Assembly: GCF_036321535.1 (NCBI RefSeq)
Contig: NC_087437.1
Span: forward strand, 90,460,001 to 90,524,000
Reading direction: 5' to 3'
Length of the DNA stretch: 64,000 nt
Origin: Camelus dromedarius
Taxonomy: Eukaryota
The notes beneath the pieces were generated by a model. The model was given only the letters and a program-made list of their open reading frames with translations, was not told where the DNA came from and ran no database searches. The number at the start of each line of letters is the position of its first letter. Position 1 is the stretch's first letter. The position numbers were made by a program, and so were the translations under genes. This document shows, in pieces, positions 39,556 through 52,440 of this stretch.

Positions 39556-42421
39556 GCCCTTGGGTCCTTGTTTGTGCCTTATTAAATAAGTCGATCAATA
39601 TATTATTTAAGTGGATTTTAACACTTTTTTTCCTTTTTGACTTGCATTCTTAATATCAAATTGTAAAGAGAAGTTAAGGACCTGACGGTCAAAGGCAAGC
39701 ATAATGCACAATTAGGAGAGAGGCATGAAAAGCTCAAAATCATTTGTAGAACTCTGCTGTCTAGCACAGCAGAGTATGGGCTAATAAGTCCTGAGACACT
39801 CAGAAAAGGTTAAATTATTTTTCTCATTTTCCACAAAAGAAAAATAGTAGGTTAGAGAAAGGTTTCCATCAAAAGTGCTAAAAAGAATTTTCCAGGTGTC
39901 CATAAAACTCTTATGTGTCGCAAAACATTCTCCCAAGATGTTGGTTACATTACGTTACTCTAAGGTCAAAAGTTGAAATACAATGTTTATATTCTATTAT
40001 AAGTAGAAAAATAAGATGAAAACTGAAACATGTCTGAATGAACTGATTTCTTAGGATGTAAGGCTAAGAGCCCTGTACATGGTAGACACAGACCCAGGCA
40101 CGGGACAAAGATCCACATTGCAGGAACCCACTGTCTCTATCTCCTGGAAATACATCAGTCAGTCTGATTCCTGGAAAAAAATATTACATTATCTCCCTTT
40201 TAAAGTATATTGGTAAACAAATTAAATTCTTAGTGCACATTACTAGCACATGATAATTAACCACAATGAAGAAAAGCATTTGTAAAGATAGAAAATCCAC
40301 AGGTAATTTAAAATTTGGGGCAAAATTTTTTATAAAAAATAATTTGGGGAAGTTGACAATTGCACCTATGTATATCACACTCTCTGGATGTTTTGATATT
40401 CAGAGAACACATTTTTTTTTCAGTTTGTCTTTATATAGCTAAAAAAATTTACATTATTTAAAGACTCAGCTGTGTTGTATATTGAAATTGCAAGAATGAA
40501 AAATAAAAATATAATGTAGTGCAAAGGCTAATGTTTGACAGAAAACTCTTCTGGCTGCCACATCTGAGTTGACAAGTTAAAAGGCAAAATAATATGGATT
40601 AAATGCCTTTACATCCTAGCAGGTGTCCAGTCATCAATAATATTCACTGAAGGCCATTGTGTGCAGAGCACTTTTCTTCCTTTCTTAATTCCCTGCTTGG
40701 CTCTCAGCAGAAAGGGAGGTAGACAATGACTTCCGACACCTCTAAAAAACTTTGCACAGAAAAAAGCCTTTCCTTGCAATGCACAAGTATCATTTCATCA
40801 ACATTCTCTTAAAAATTATCTCTTAAAAGTTATTTCTTATACAATTTGTTTTGTTAGAAATTGGTATCTGTGGAATTCCAGGTATAATAGTAAAATTCCA
40901 AATGACTACACAGAATAAGAAAATCTGTATGTTCAGTGAGCAAAAAATAGATTTAGACAGGAACTCTCCAAAAGAAGAAACAAACTGATTTTATAAGGAT
41001 TTGTTTTCAGCATCACACGTACAGAGCAGAAAATTCAATCTCTGAAGTATTCAGTACAAAACAAGAAACTGATGAAAGGTATCTTAATATGCATTTTAAT
41101 GGTCTTGTAGTTAAAGCACATAAATGATACATATGAAAATAAAATATCAAGACTTTAATATTTAAATAGAAAATAGGGAATTGTAACTATTCTATTTCAA
41201 AAGGGGTACCATAAAGAGCCACCTTCACTAAAGTAACATTCAAAAAAATTGTATGGTTTGTAATTTTTATCTATATCTCAATACAATATATTGCTATTTC
41301 ATATTTTAGTGTTTGATACACTTTTGTGCTCTTATTTTATTAGAGAAAAGTAATTTTTGTCTATTAATTAGTTTCATATCTTCAAACAAGTATCTTTTTA
41401 AATCCCAGCTCAAGTTCTAAAGAATTCTTTGAAAGAACAAAGATGATTTTCCCGTTTTATATATATAGTACTCACACATATAACCAAAATAATATAACTC
41501 CAATCCTAATCTTTTCCTCAGTATAAAAACATACTTCTTTGCCCTTTCCATAATACTCACTCAATTAAAAAATGGTGTGTGTGTGTGTGTGTTATAAGAA
41601 AAACCTAAAAATTCAATTTTTTATAGGCCTGGTAGAAATATCAATGCTGGATTTTAGCTTCATATTCAGATATTTAGTTCATGTTGGTACAGACTATTTG
41701 CATAAACTATCATAAAAATAGTTACATGTGTTTAAAACACTATTTTAAAATTTATGTTCTATATTGTAAAATACTAAAAATAGATTTCATTTTACAGCTA
41801 CATTTAAAAACACAAATGAATATTTTATTTAGTAAAAAAACATGGCCAATGTGCATATTCTATGACCTTGAAAATGATGAATCTTAAAAAGACCTACTTT
41901 CTCACTGAGAAAGTGTCCTTTTAGCACAACATCAGAAGGACAAACAAGCCCACACTAATCTATTCAACTGAAAGTCAGTGAGTGAGGGGAGATACCATAT
42001 TTTGGTATCCAAATGTGTGCAAAGCAGGTCCACTACCAACTTTCAGGATAGCCATTTAAAACTTGATTAGATTATTTAAATGAAACCATTTAAACGTTGT
42101 GAATTTTCTAGAAAGCTTGATTAAAAGAGGAGCTCAAAGACAATGTGAGCAGGGTTTCCCTTGTGGTTTAAAATAATGCCTTCTACGAAAATATAATTGT
42201 ACTTGAAATTAAAAAAAAAAAACAGGAGAATATAATCACTCTATAGACTTTGGCAACAGCTCCCACTTGGGTAGTACAGTTTTTGGCTATGCTGTTGATA
42301 TTTGATTTCATTTAGTTTCTGAAATCCATCCATACAAAAGTAAGATGACTCTTTTCAGGAATGCATTTAGTACTCTCATCAAAGGAAAAGCCTCTCTCCA
42401 ATATGGAATTTTGATTTACCC

Positions 42422-42530
42422 GAAGGAAGGAAGGAAAGAAGGAAGGAAGGAAGGAAGGAAGGAAGGAAGGAAGGAAGGAAGGAAGGAAGGAAGGAAGGAA
42501 GGAAGGAGGGAAGGAGGGAAGGAAGGGAAA
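42422..42530. repeat. (GAAG)n polypurine microsatellite
   Basis: About 105 bp of GGAA units with a few variants, read directly. Confidence 0.97.
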
Positions 42531-43019
42531 ATAGGCAAGTCGAAGCTGTCTACACTCAAATACAGAAGCGTTCTTCAAGTTGTCTCTATGGCTATAGAGT
42601 ATCTAAAATGAAGCTACTTAGCTTTAAAGTATATCGCTATTACAACATTTTACTGCCTCTCTTCTCCCAATACTTACATATAAATTTATAAACAGCAATA
42701 TACTACATTGCATCCTCCCTTTTCCTTCCATATTTCTCCCTTCCCCAGTGCTCCTGCCCAAACAACTTGAGACTATGAAATGAGAGAATATGATGTTATA
42801 TCCTTTTAAATTTTTCTGTAATTATTTTAAGGGTTCTCCCATCTTCCTCATTTGATTACCTTTTAATTCCTATAATACTGTCTTTAAAATATTTTACAAA
42901 ATACCATTGAGCAATGTGCATCCAAAATTCTGAGGACCTAATGCAAACTTTAGATTTAAAAATTTTTAAAATTTTCTCTCACAATTGATTGTGTCACAAT
43001 TTTCCAAACATGATTATCA

Positions 43020-43185
43020 GACATTTTACTATGTGAATTAATTAGCCCTCACAATTACCTGTGAGATGGCTATCACAATTCTTACTTTTTAGGTGAAACA
43101 CCTTAGGCTTAGAGAGGTAAAATCACTTGCTCTATGTTACACAGCGAAGCAGGATAAGAGGTCAGTCCTGTGTAATTTCAAAGAG
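43020..43185 (-). mobile_element. MIR
   Basis: CCTCACAATTACCTGTGAGATGG...AGGCTTAGAGAGGTAAAATCACTTGCTCTATGTTACACAGC. Confidence 0.7.
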
Positions 43186-44684
43186 AGAATATACCACCCC
43201 CTCTGCACCGGTTATCCTGTGGTTATATTTCTCTAACTGCAGGTAACAGCACAGCATAAAACGGTTACTGCTTATTATTATTATGACTGGGAATACCTAA
43301 AATGAATAAAATAGAACTGAGCCTGAAGATAGTCTCCCCAGGTTAGTTTCCCAAATGTGACTAAATGGATTATTTGAGAACATGCACATGTGCAAAAGCT
43401 CTCCTTATCTGTTTATATTTTGCTGTTCATAATAAATTAATTTGAAATCCATTAATAGGGTAAGTGAGGTGATCATCACCCTGAATTACATTTCCTAATT
43501 CTGTTCTTTCCGTCGCAATTGTAAAATCCACAGGCTTAGCGATGGGTGGGAAAAAAAAGAATGTTCTCTGCAGCTGCAGCTGACTTTCTGGCAGATTCGG
43601 AAAGCAACTGTGCTGGCAGCTTAACCAGGCATCTGGGGCTGTCGGTGAATTGGTCTGAGTATCGACCTTCCAGAGCGCGTATAAACACTCTGCCTTTGCC
43701 TTGCTCCATAATGAAGGGAATTTAACTCTTTGTACGATTGTGATTAGAGGTTATTAATGAATCCTCTCTAAATTAATCAATATAACCTTTATCTAATGAC
43801 ATACTTACAAAGGAAATAAGCGTTTGGCTTTCTTAAGAACAAATTCTGTTTGATAAAAGTGAAAATTTGGATTCGTTAGAACTTGTGCAAACTGGTTTCT
43901 TGAAGAGCTATCTCATGATTTGAAGCCCTTCAGTTCTCTTAATTTATCTTTAAGAAGCCACACTTTCAAATCATTCAATAAAGATGAAAAAAAAAATCTG
44001 TCCTTTTAGACACCAAGAAAGCATTTCACCACTTTCTATTCTAAAGTCTAGTACTCCTGCCTGGAAAATTATTTCTTAATTAAAGTCTAAAGAACTCTTG
44101 GAGTAGTTTAAGAACATTATCTTTGTTTTGAGCCTTAATGAATATAAGAAATAGTTGTTTATGGCACTTGGTGTAAAATAATCTGTATTTATTGAAGTCT
44201 ATTCCTGGAATCATCAAGCTTTTTTTTTTTTAATCTCTTTTAAGATAATACTTTTTAATAGTTTTAAGATTTTTCTTGTAAGTGTATTACAAAATAAGTA
44301 TTTCTTCAATGATCCCTTTTCTAGTTATTCATGCCTCTCTTAACAGAGAATAGGGTGAAAAGTCAGAAATGCAATAAATTATCATGCACACACATTTTTA
44401 AAGCAAATGAAATTAGAATAAGATGTATTGGTTTGTATACTAATATATCAATAGTAGGCCATATAATAATACATATACAAATACATATACTCATGCATTT
44501 CTAAAAACACAGTATTTATGTATCAGTAGAAATTTATAAACACATCTGGTGATTGATTTCATCATTTTAATACACTTTTATCTAATTAAAACTTTCAATT
44601 TAATGATGAAGACATAATCATATCCTAATCTTTGCAAAGTATATCCATTTATTTTATTTTAACTGCAGACTTGTGGTCAGTGTT

Positions 44685-44853
44685 CAAGGTGAGAGAGACT
44701 TTGGAGATGATCCAAGTCTAACACCTTCTGAGCAACTGACCCCTAGAGAGACGAGCTGTTTCCCCAGGTGACAGAGCCGATGGCACAGTCGTCATCAAAA
44801 CTTTAATTCTTGATGCCCTATTCCTTGTACTTTCCATTTACATTATGCTGCCT
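44685..44853 (-). mobile_element. MIR/MIR3 fragment
   Basis: GACTTTGGAGATGATCCAAGTCTAAC...AACTGACCCCTAGAGAG...CCCAGGTGACAGAGC...TACTTTCCATTTACATTATGCTGCCTC. Confidence 0.6.
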
Positions 44854-45058
44854 CTGAAATAAGATTTAAATAGGGTTGGAATGAGATCATGTTTAAATCT
44901 AAAGTACAGCAGAACTTATTTTAAACTTTCATCCAATTTTACTAGAACATATTTCTCACGTAGAATCTCCCCCATGGCCTATTATGATCCTTGGCTTTAT
45001 TTTTTTCATATAATGCAGTTATTATTCCATGACTTCAGACAAATTTCTGATATAAATA

Positions 45059-45520
45059 TGTGAAGAAAAAGCTGGGCTGGTCTAACAAGATAACTCACAA
45101 GTCTAGGAATGTGGAGAGGCTGGGCTGGGCTGGCAGGATAACTCACAAATCTAAGTATTGGAATACTGATCTGAGTTCTGCTGGACTAACTTGTAAATCT
45201 AAGTTAATTAGTGTTGGTTTGCTGTTTATGTTTTTTTGCTAGCCAGCTGGATTTTCAAAGATACATATCTGGCTTTGGAATGTTGGTTTGCTGCCTCCCC
45301 ACCTCCACTTTTGTGATGATAATGCTGCTAAAGCTGTTCCATGCCTATTGGCAGAATACCCCAAGCTTGTACTTTACCCTGTAAAACCTCATGTGCACGT
45401 CTTGGAGGTGCTCAGAGCTTCGGAGCAGAAGCCCCTCTGAGCCCGCCGGCATAATACATCTGAGTACTCCAACCCTCCGAGTGGTGCTTGTTTCTTGACT
45501 GGCCTGTTGTTTCCGTAACA
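45059..45520 (+). mobile_element. Relatively young ERV1/gammaretrovirus-like solo LTR (462 bp)
   Basis: TG...CA termini. Perfect 4-bp TSD AATA (45055-45058 and 45521-45524). U3 direct repeats and retained CpGs (CCCGCCGGC, CTTCGG, CTCCGA). Confidence 0.9.
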
Positions 45521-45884
45521 AATACACACACACACACACTGAACTATATACTAGCAATGATAAATAGCTAACATAGAAAATATATACTTTGAAAATTTTT
45601 TCATATGGCATTTCAAAAAGTAAATTCCCCTGCTTTTAAATGAGCAACAACACTGCTATGCTTTATTTCAAGTCTCATGCAATAAACAGAATTACACATG
45701 TTCTCAAACAGCAAATGGTCTATAATCAAATGTGGGACATATGTCTAAAAAAAGGACTTAAAGAACTTCACTACATATTAACTAATCTTAAGTAGGTATA
45801 TTTTAAATATAAGTGTTAATTTGGTTTCTGTTCACTATAGGAAGTTGTTCAAAAAGTCTTTTATTTAAAAAATAAATCAAGAGC

Positions 45885-46100
45885 ATCATATTCATTCAAG
45901 CAAAAAATTTTATTGAACAACTGTGTGCCAGGTAACAGTCCGAAAGTAGGAGATAAAAAGAGAAAACAATATCCCTGCACTCCCAGAGCCTATCCTCAAC
46001 AGAGAAAAGGTAGAAAATACAAACATGTTAATAAGACAACAAGATAACTTCTGATGATACTAATGTTTTAGATAATGTCAGGGGGACTACCTTAGATTAT
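45885..46100 (-). mobile_element. L2 3' end
   Basis: TTCATTCAAGCAAAAAATTTTATTGAACAACTGTGTGCCAGG...TCCCTGCACTCCCAGAGCCTA. Confidence 0.7.
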
Positions 46101-46551
46101 TATTACATTTAGATTAAATTCTTGATGTTTAGGTTAGCCAATATACCTTTTTAATTTCTAAATGCTTGTCACATCTCTCTTAATTTACAAGATATTTTTG
46201 TTTCGGTAAGTGAAATGAGAAGACAAACTTTTTGAACTGCCTTAATTCTCTTTTAAAAGTTTTTATTTATGTTTAGACTTTTGGATAAGGAAGATGGCTC
46301 CGTAAAATGTCAAATTCTCCCTAATTTTAAAAATTTTATTTTCAAACAAGCAATGTTGCCTTTAATGCACCTGCTGATTGACATATTGGGTATTAAATGT
46401 AGAGACTCCTTTTGTAAGTTTTGTTTTGTTTTGAAGTCAATATCTCAGGAAACTAATCCATGATTAAACCATTGTTCTGTTTTAAGAACTGTTCTGCTGT
46501 GGTATTTTTCCCAGTTTCACATCTGAATGTATGTAGTTAATAATAAGACAT

Positions 46552-47142
46552 TGTAAGCAGACAAGTTAGAGGGGTCCCCAGAGAAAGAGAACTAGGCATG
46601 GCTTTCTGGACATAAGAGAAATCTAAGTCACTTTGTAATCTAAGCCTGGTCACAATGCTTGTCCTTGAACAGGTCTCAGTAATTAAGATCTTAAGGGAAC
46701 AAAAGAATGCAGGACTGTTATCAAGCAAGAGAAGTACCAATAGCAAAGATAATATATCAGTTGTAAAGATTCCCAATTCTGTTTCACGGGTAAGGTTAGC
46801 CTGAAGCGCTCAAATACCAGATCAACTGGAACCTAAGGGATGATGATGTTGACCTTTCCTGACCGTCCTGACTTCAGTCAGCTAAAGCTTGGACTCTCTA
46901 GACCTTTGCCTCCAGTTCTATGCTGAATTTTCCTCTGCTCAAGCCCCTTCATGAATATGCATATACCCCTACCTTCTAACTTCCCCAATTTTGCCATTTG
47001 TGGAAACAGTGCTTTGGGTAAGATCCCGAGTGTTCCTCCCATTTTCTGCAAGTAATAAATCCTTCCTTCTCCTGATCTTTAGTTTGGTTGTGTGTTTTGG
47101 CTCAACACTCATCAAGAGGCAAACCCACTTTTTTGGGTAATA
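46552..47142 (+). mobile_element. ERV1-class solo LTR (~590 bp, older)
   Basis: Begins TGTAAGCAGACAAG. AATAAA at 47054-47059, followed by U5-like TCCTTCCTTCTCCTG...CAAGAGGCAAACCCACTTTTTTGGGTAATA (terminal CA apparently mutated). TSD not clean. Confidence 0.78.
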
Positions 47143-50100
47143 ATAAAGTTTTTGAAAAGTTGACATTTTTTAAACTGCCACAATAAATCTCAATAAGAAG
47201 AGCTTCTCCTGAGACTGAATTTCAAAACACAAATACTCCCTAATTATCATATTCCATTATTTCCACTCATATTAATGCTATAACAAGAAGACCTGGGTTC
47301 AAGTTTTAGGACGAATTAGAAATTGACACAATCAAAGCCAACTAGGCGAGGTATATTTAGAAAGTTCTCAGTTTGTTCTAAGTTGTACATGAAAGTATAT
47401 TGAGTTTGTGATAAAATATTTCCCCCAAAAGTTATTTATTGTGTTATTCTTGGTCATATGTGATTAATATCAACGATACCTATCTGTTACAATGTTAGAA
47501 TTATTACTTGTGCTGTCTCACTACAATTAGGTTCTGGACATGCTGCACCAAAAATCATGTAAAATTCTTGTTTAGTTATATTCTAATCTCCTTCACCATT
47601 GCAGTGTCTCTATCCATTAGGTCCATCAAAATTTGATTGTTAATATCAACTATAATTTTTTATCAGGCCTCATTTGGAGATACTATTTTCTATCAGCATA
47701 ATAAAGAAAAATATACTTAAAGGTACAAAAGATCTACATCCATCTTCTCCATAATACTGTTGTTTTTATTCTCTTAATTATCATCAGTCCTTTTTCTGAC
47801 TTTTTCACCTATTCTGCTATCTGACTCTGATCTCAAAACAAATCCAGAAATCCCTTACTCATGGTTGTTTTTTTTTTTGTCTACTTTTTTAAAGTGAAAA
47901 ACACCTTTAGATCCATGAGAGATAAATCTTTCATCATTGATAAAACATGGCAAGATGAAAAAGGATCCTCGTCAGAAGTTACCAAAGAAGCATTTGGAAA
48001 GATGGAGCTCTTCCGAAAAAAATGACACGCCAAGTAACCCATCTGCTGCCACTACTAATAGTCAATGGCTTATGCTACATTGCCTGAGATTAATCGTCAT
48101 CAAAAATAATTGTGAAGAAAACCTCTTCTTATTCTAATACTAGATCTCTAATAAATAAATAATCAAAATAAATTATGAAAAGATCATACCATATTTTTCA
48201 TGTTAATTCTGGAGCCTCACTACAAGAAGTAAACACATTGTCAGGGAAGTATTTTAGTGTCTTCCCTTCTAATTTTACCTCTAAAACAGTAAGTAGTCAG
48301 AGTTATAATACAGGTTTTTGTATTTTTGACACTTAAGAAATAAAATGAAATAACCTGTACACTTGCTATATTCTGGAAGGAAAAATAATCTTAAAATATA
48401 TTCATTTATGATTTAGATGTTTTTCACCAAATATCATGTTTTATTTAAAGTATTGGGGTATTTTAAAAATAGGCTATCTACAAATGATTGGTCCTAATGA
48501 TAGTGCCATTTGACTTTCCATAATATAAATCTGGCATCTAATATGTTAACGTTGAGTACTTTATTATTAGTATTGTTGCCAAAATGTCAACTTTGAAAAA
48601 GTGGATGATGCAAAATCAGAAATGCACTGCATATTTTTGAGCATGTAGATATGGCCTATCTATGAATACACGTCATAATTTCTTTGTCTAATCCAAGCTT
48701 TACTCTCTTAACAATAGTATGTAAAAGTTAGAAAGTATTTTTGTAATACAAATAATTAACACCCAAAATAAAAATATTGACTTTTTATTGAGTCTTATAA
48801 TGTTTATTATTAGGTTTCTTCACCTTTTAAGGTTACGGCAGTATAAAATGGGACTTACATAATCCTTCTTAGGAAAATTCTCATTTAATAGAAAATGAAG
48901 GCATTCTTGGGAATGAATAATCTCAATATTCTTATGCAGTTCCCCTAGTCTGAACTCTTATTTGACAAATGTTTAGCCACTGATATTCATCTTAATACTT
49001 GTGACTTCCGCTGTATTCCAGAGGACCAGACACGGGCACAGGAGTATAGCAGCACTTTCATTTAGGCTTATTAGCCTAGAAGATGCTCATCTCAGAGATT
49101 CTCTCTGCATTGTAAGATGACATGCCATGGAACCATTCTGCAATTCCATATTGATTTGTCTTCCAAAGATAAAGATTTGGGAGATAACACAGAAGAGTTT
49201 TCTGTGTAACATTCACTTTTTCATTAAGGTAAAACTGAAATATTTTATGATGTAATTAACAGCAAGGAGGATTTATTGTATCAGAGAAAAGAAGGATATA
49301 AATTATTTTTGTCCCCGTTCAAAATGATAGAACTATAGTTCTACAAGAAAGCACGTGGATAAAATTCTTGAAGCACTTTGCCCTTATTTTATATCCAGAT
49401 TTACATTAGAAAATAAATTATATGATATACTCTTCTGCAAAGGTATTGAAAAATCATTAAAAAACATAACTTACAAGATGATTTTTGATGGAAAAAACTG
49501 CAACCCTTTTAAGTTTCCTCTTATCTGATTCCCTAAACCTAATGGTATCTGAAAGAAGCCATAATTCTTATTAAGAAAATAAATATACCTCAGAAATACC
49601 AGTGTACAAAATACACATGGACAGTGGAGTACCTTTGTTGCTATTTAGTTTGAAATAAGTCTATTATTTTATTTCAGACCATCAGGTACCACCAAGATGA
49701 TTGGAAGACACAATTAACTTAATGATATCTTGAAACATGAAAAGATTAACTGACAGCCTAATTGAGGTCACTTTTCTTATAGGGAAGTAAATTGAGCAAA
49801 CAACTTCAAGAGAAGGATTTTTTCTTTTTTAAAGGTTTAATTCAATTTTTTTTAGTATTTCAAATAATGTAAGTTTTCCTTAAGCATGTATATTTTGTGG
49901 CATTTTTATATTAAATCAACTCTGTGCAAATATTTGATCACTTTAAATTTTGATTAAATTGATAATAAGAGTTTTGGCAAGTTAAAAAAAACAAAGGATT
50001 TAAAAACACATAATAACATAAATATCTTAAGATTTCAGAATTTAATATATTATCTTAAATAGTGAAGAAATGAGAGACATTGTAAACTGTGACATAGCTT

Positions 50101-51659
50101 ACTGCTTAGGAGGAAGGTTTTTATCTGCTATACGAAAATACTGCTGAAAAGAAAGATGCAAGATCAACATACGCTTAGTTGGTTAATAAAAATAATACCA
50201 CTATGAGACCAAAATTGTATCTTATCTAATGCACCTATTGTAAGAAAGTGTTTAATGAATCAAGAACAGGACCAAAGAAGTCACTAAGACACAAAGATGA
50301 CAGAACAGCACCACCTAGTTCCTTCTGTAAGTTTCCAAATATGTGTGCATCTCTGACTTACTTTGGAAAACTGAATATACTTTCAAAATAAATCATTTAG
50401 TATAAACTACGCTTTCGCAAATTATCACGTGCAACAGAACATTTACTTGAATTGCTTTAATTTTAAAGTTTCCTTTAAAATAAAAAGAAAGCAAAATTAA
50501 AGATAATGATTATGCTGAGGTTTTTCTAGCTGTGCGATGTACTGTTGAATGTAATCCAGATAAGTAAGTCTCTAAATAGAGGAACTATACAAGCTAGACC
50601 ACCTCATTATGATTTCCAAAGTATATATCAATTTTTTATCTTATCTGTTACAAGATACTTATCATCTACTCCAGGGATACCACTGGCCAATGAGTTATAC
50701 TATTTAAAAACATAGAAATATAATATTATTTGCACATTGAGGTCATCAAAGTTAAATACTGAAGGAAGTAATATAAAGACCTTAAGAGTACTTGTAGCCC
50801 GTTCAGAAGATTTTGTACTTCCTAACATTTTAAATAATTGTATAGAAAATTCATTCTATTTTTAAAATTTTAAAATTGTATCCTCATCCATTTTCCAGCT
50901 TTGTTTACCAGGTGATCAATATTTCAATCATATTCAGAGAGATTCAGCAGGAAGAAATATTTCAGGAGTAACATTTAATCGGCACTCTCAAGAAGCCATA
51001 TTACAGTCGTACAGGTTTTAATCAGGCATGATGTACTGTAATATAAGCAAGGGATGGAGACTTAATATATACGACACAGTACAAGGAGCATTGTTTCTAG
51101 ATAGGACACTTTAAAAGTGTTTTCCCTGAGGCATCAGCAGCTCTTTAAATGACTGTTGCTGGTAACATCAGAATTGCTCAAGCAGAACTTCAGCTCTAAA
51201 AAACTAAATATTGTTGCTTGTTACATAGATCCTTCTCACAGACCTCTTCTCCCCTACATTCCCTCTGCTGACCTGGTCATCCGCAGTTCTGGCCCACTGA
51301 GCCTTTATGAAATTAAATGAATCATCCTCTTGAACAAATCAGTTAGAATAGAGCATGCTTGAATATTTCTTGTTCACTTGTCAGCTTCTTTCAAGTTGTA
51401 TTAATAAAAAAAAAAAGAAACTGGCATCTTACTGAGAATGTTTTCAGGATAAACGACCGCAGGAAATGAGAGCTCTTTAATCCAACCTTAAATAAAAAAT
51501 GTTAACAGCCCAGTGAGGTTTATTATATTGTTACTAAATCAGTGATTTCATATCCTCATTGATATACCCACATTTTGTTGCTGTGGAAGAGATTTTAACA
51601 CTAAAACAAAAATTTCATTTTTTATTTCAGAGAAAAAAGAATTAAGTCATTACAATATT

Positions 51660-51790
51660 TTGATTTGTTTATTCTGTGTTTCAGTCACTAGAGTGTAAAC
51701 CCTACTAGGACAGAAAATTTCCATCTTGTTCACATCCAACATTTACAACACTGCCTTCAAGTACGTATTTGTTGAAAAATGGATCAATAC
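51660..51790 (+). mobile_element. L2 3' terminus
   Basis: CACTAGAGTGTAAACCCTACTAGGACAGA...CATCTTGTTCAC...TATTTGTTGAAAAATGGAT. Confidence 0.6.
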
Positions 51791-52269
51791 TTAAATGTTA
51801 TGTTTAAGAAAATCAAAGGCTATGACAAATAAAATGATTGTAGAAATTTTTACATATGCACATATTAAATGCACAGAAAGACAAAACTGAACTCAAAATT
51901 AAACCTGAATTCAGTCCACTCCCTGATAAAGGAGCAATAATTTACTAATTTTCAAAACTAATCTATGGGCATAATTTCATTAGAAAAAAATGTATGACCC
52001 AAACTCAGGTAAATGCCTACAAAATTAATTTATAAAAGTCATTGATGGAGGAAAAAAAGTTATGAAATTTATATAGACACATGTATCAGAATAAAAATCT
52101 CTTAACATATGTAGAAAATTTAAATACTGAATAAATGCATGAGTAGATATAAAATATTAAATTTTAGTAAAAGGTATTTTAAGAGCACACTGTTAATGTT
52201 ATGCTGAGTGTGTTATAAAACATCTTTAGGTGGAAAGTGAAAAGAAAAATGACATTTCTGCAGTTTGTC

Positions 52270-52440
52270 ATCATCCCTAAGATCTTTCTACAACATTGCT
52301 AAGGAATGGATGTGGTTCCAATCTCTCAACCTACAGATGAAACTAAGCTACAAGAGAACTAACTTGCTCATCCCTCAGATAGTGGAATGGTTTGATGAGA
52401 ACTTGGGTCCTTTGATTCCTACCATTATGTCTTGCTGCTA
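52270..52440 (-). mobile_element. MIR
   Basis: TACAGATGAAACTAAGCTACAAGAGAACTAACTTGCTCATCCCTCAGATAGT...GAACTTGGGTCCTTTGATTCC. Confidence 0.55.

Noticed and set aside
40050..40185. Minus-strand acceptor TTTTTTTCCAG|G at ~40170 followed by a GC-richer block
   Set aside because: There is no convincing downstream donor, and the open frame stops after ~35 codons with no recognisable product.
41774..41783. Perfect MEF2 site CTAAAAATAG
   Set aside because: It is a single AT-rich 10-mer in very AT-rich DNA, and the same word occurs inside the L1 at ~17194.
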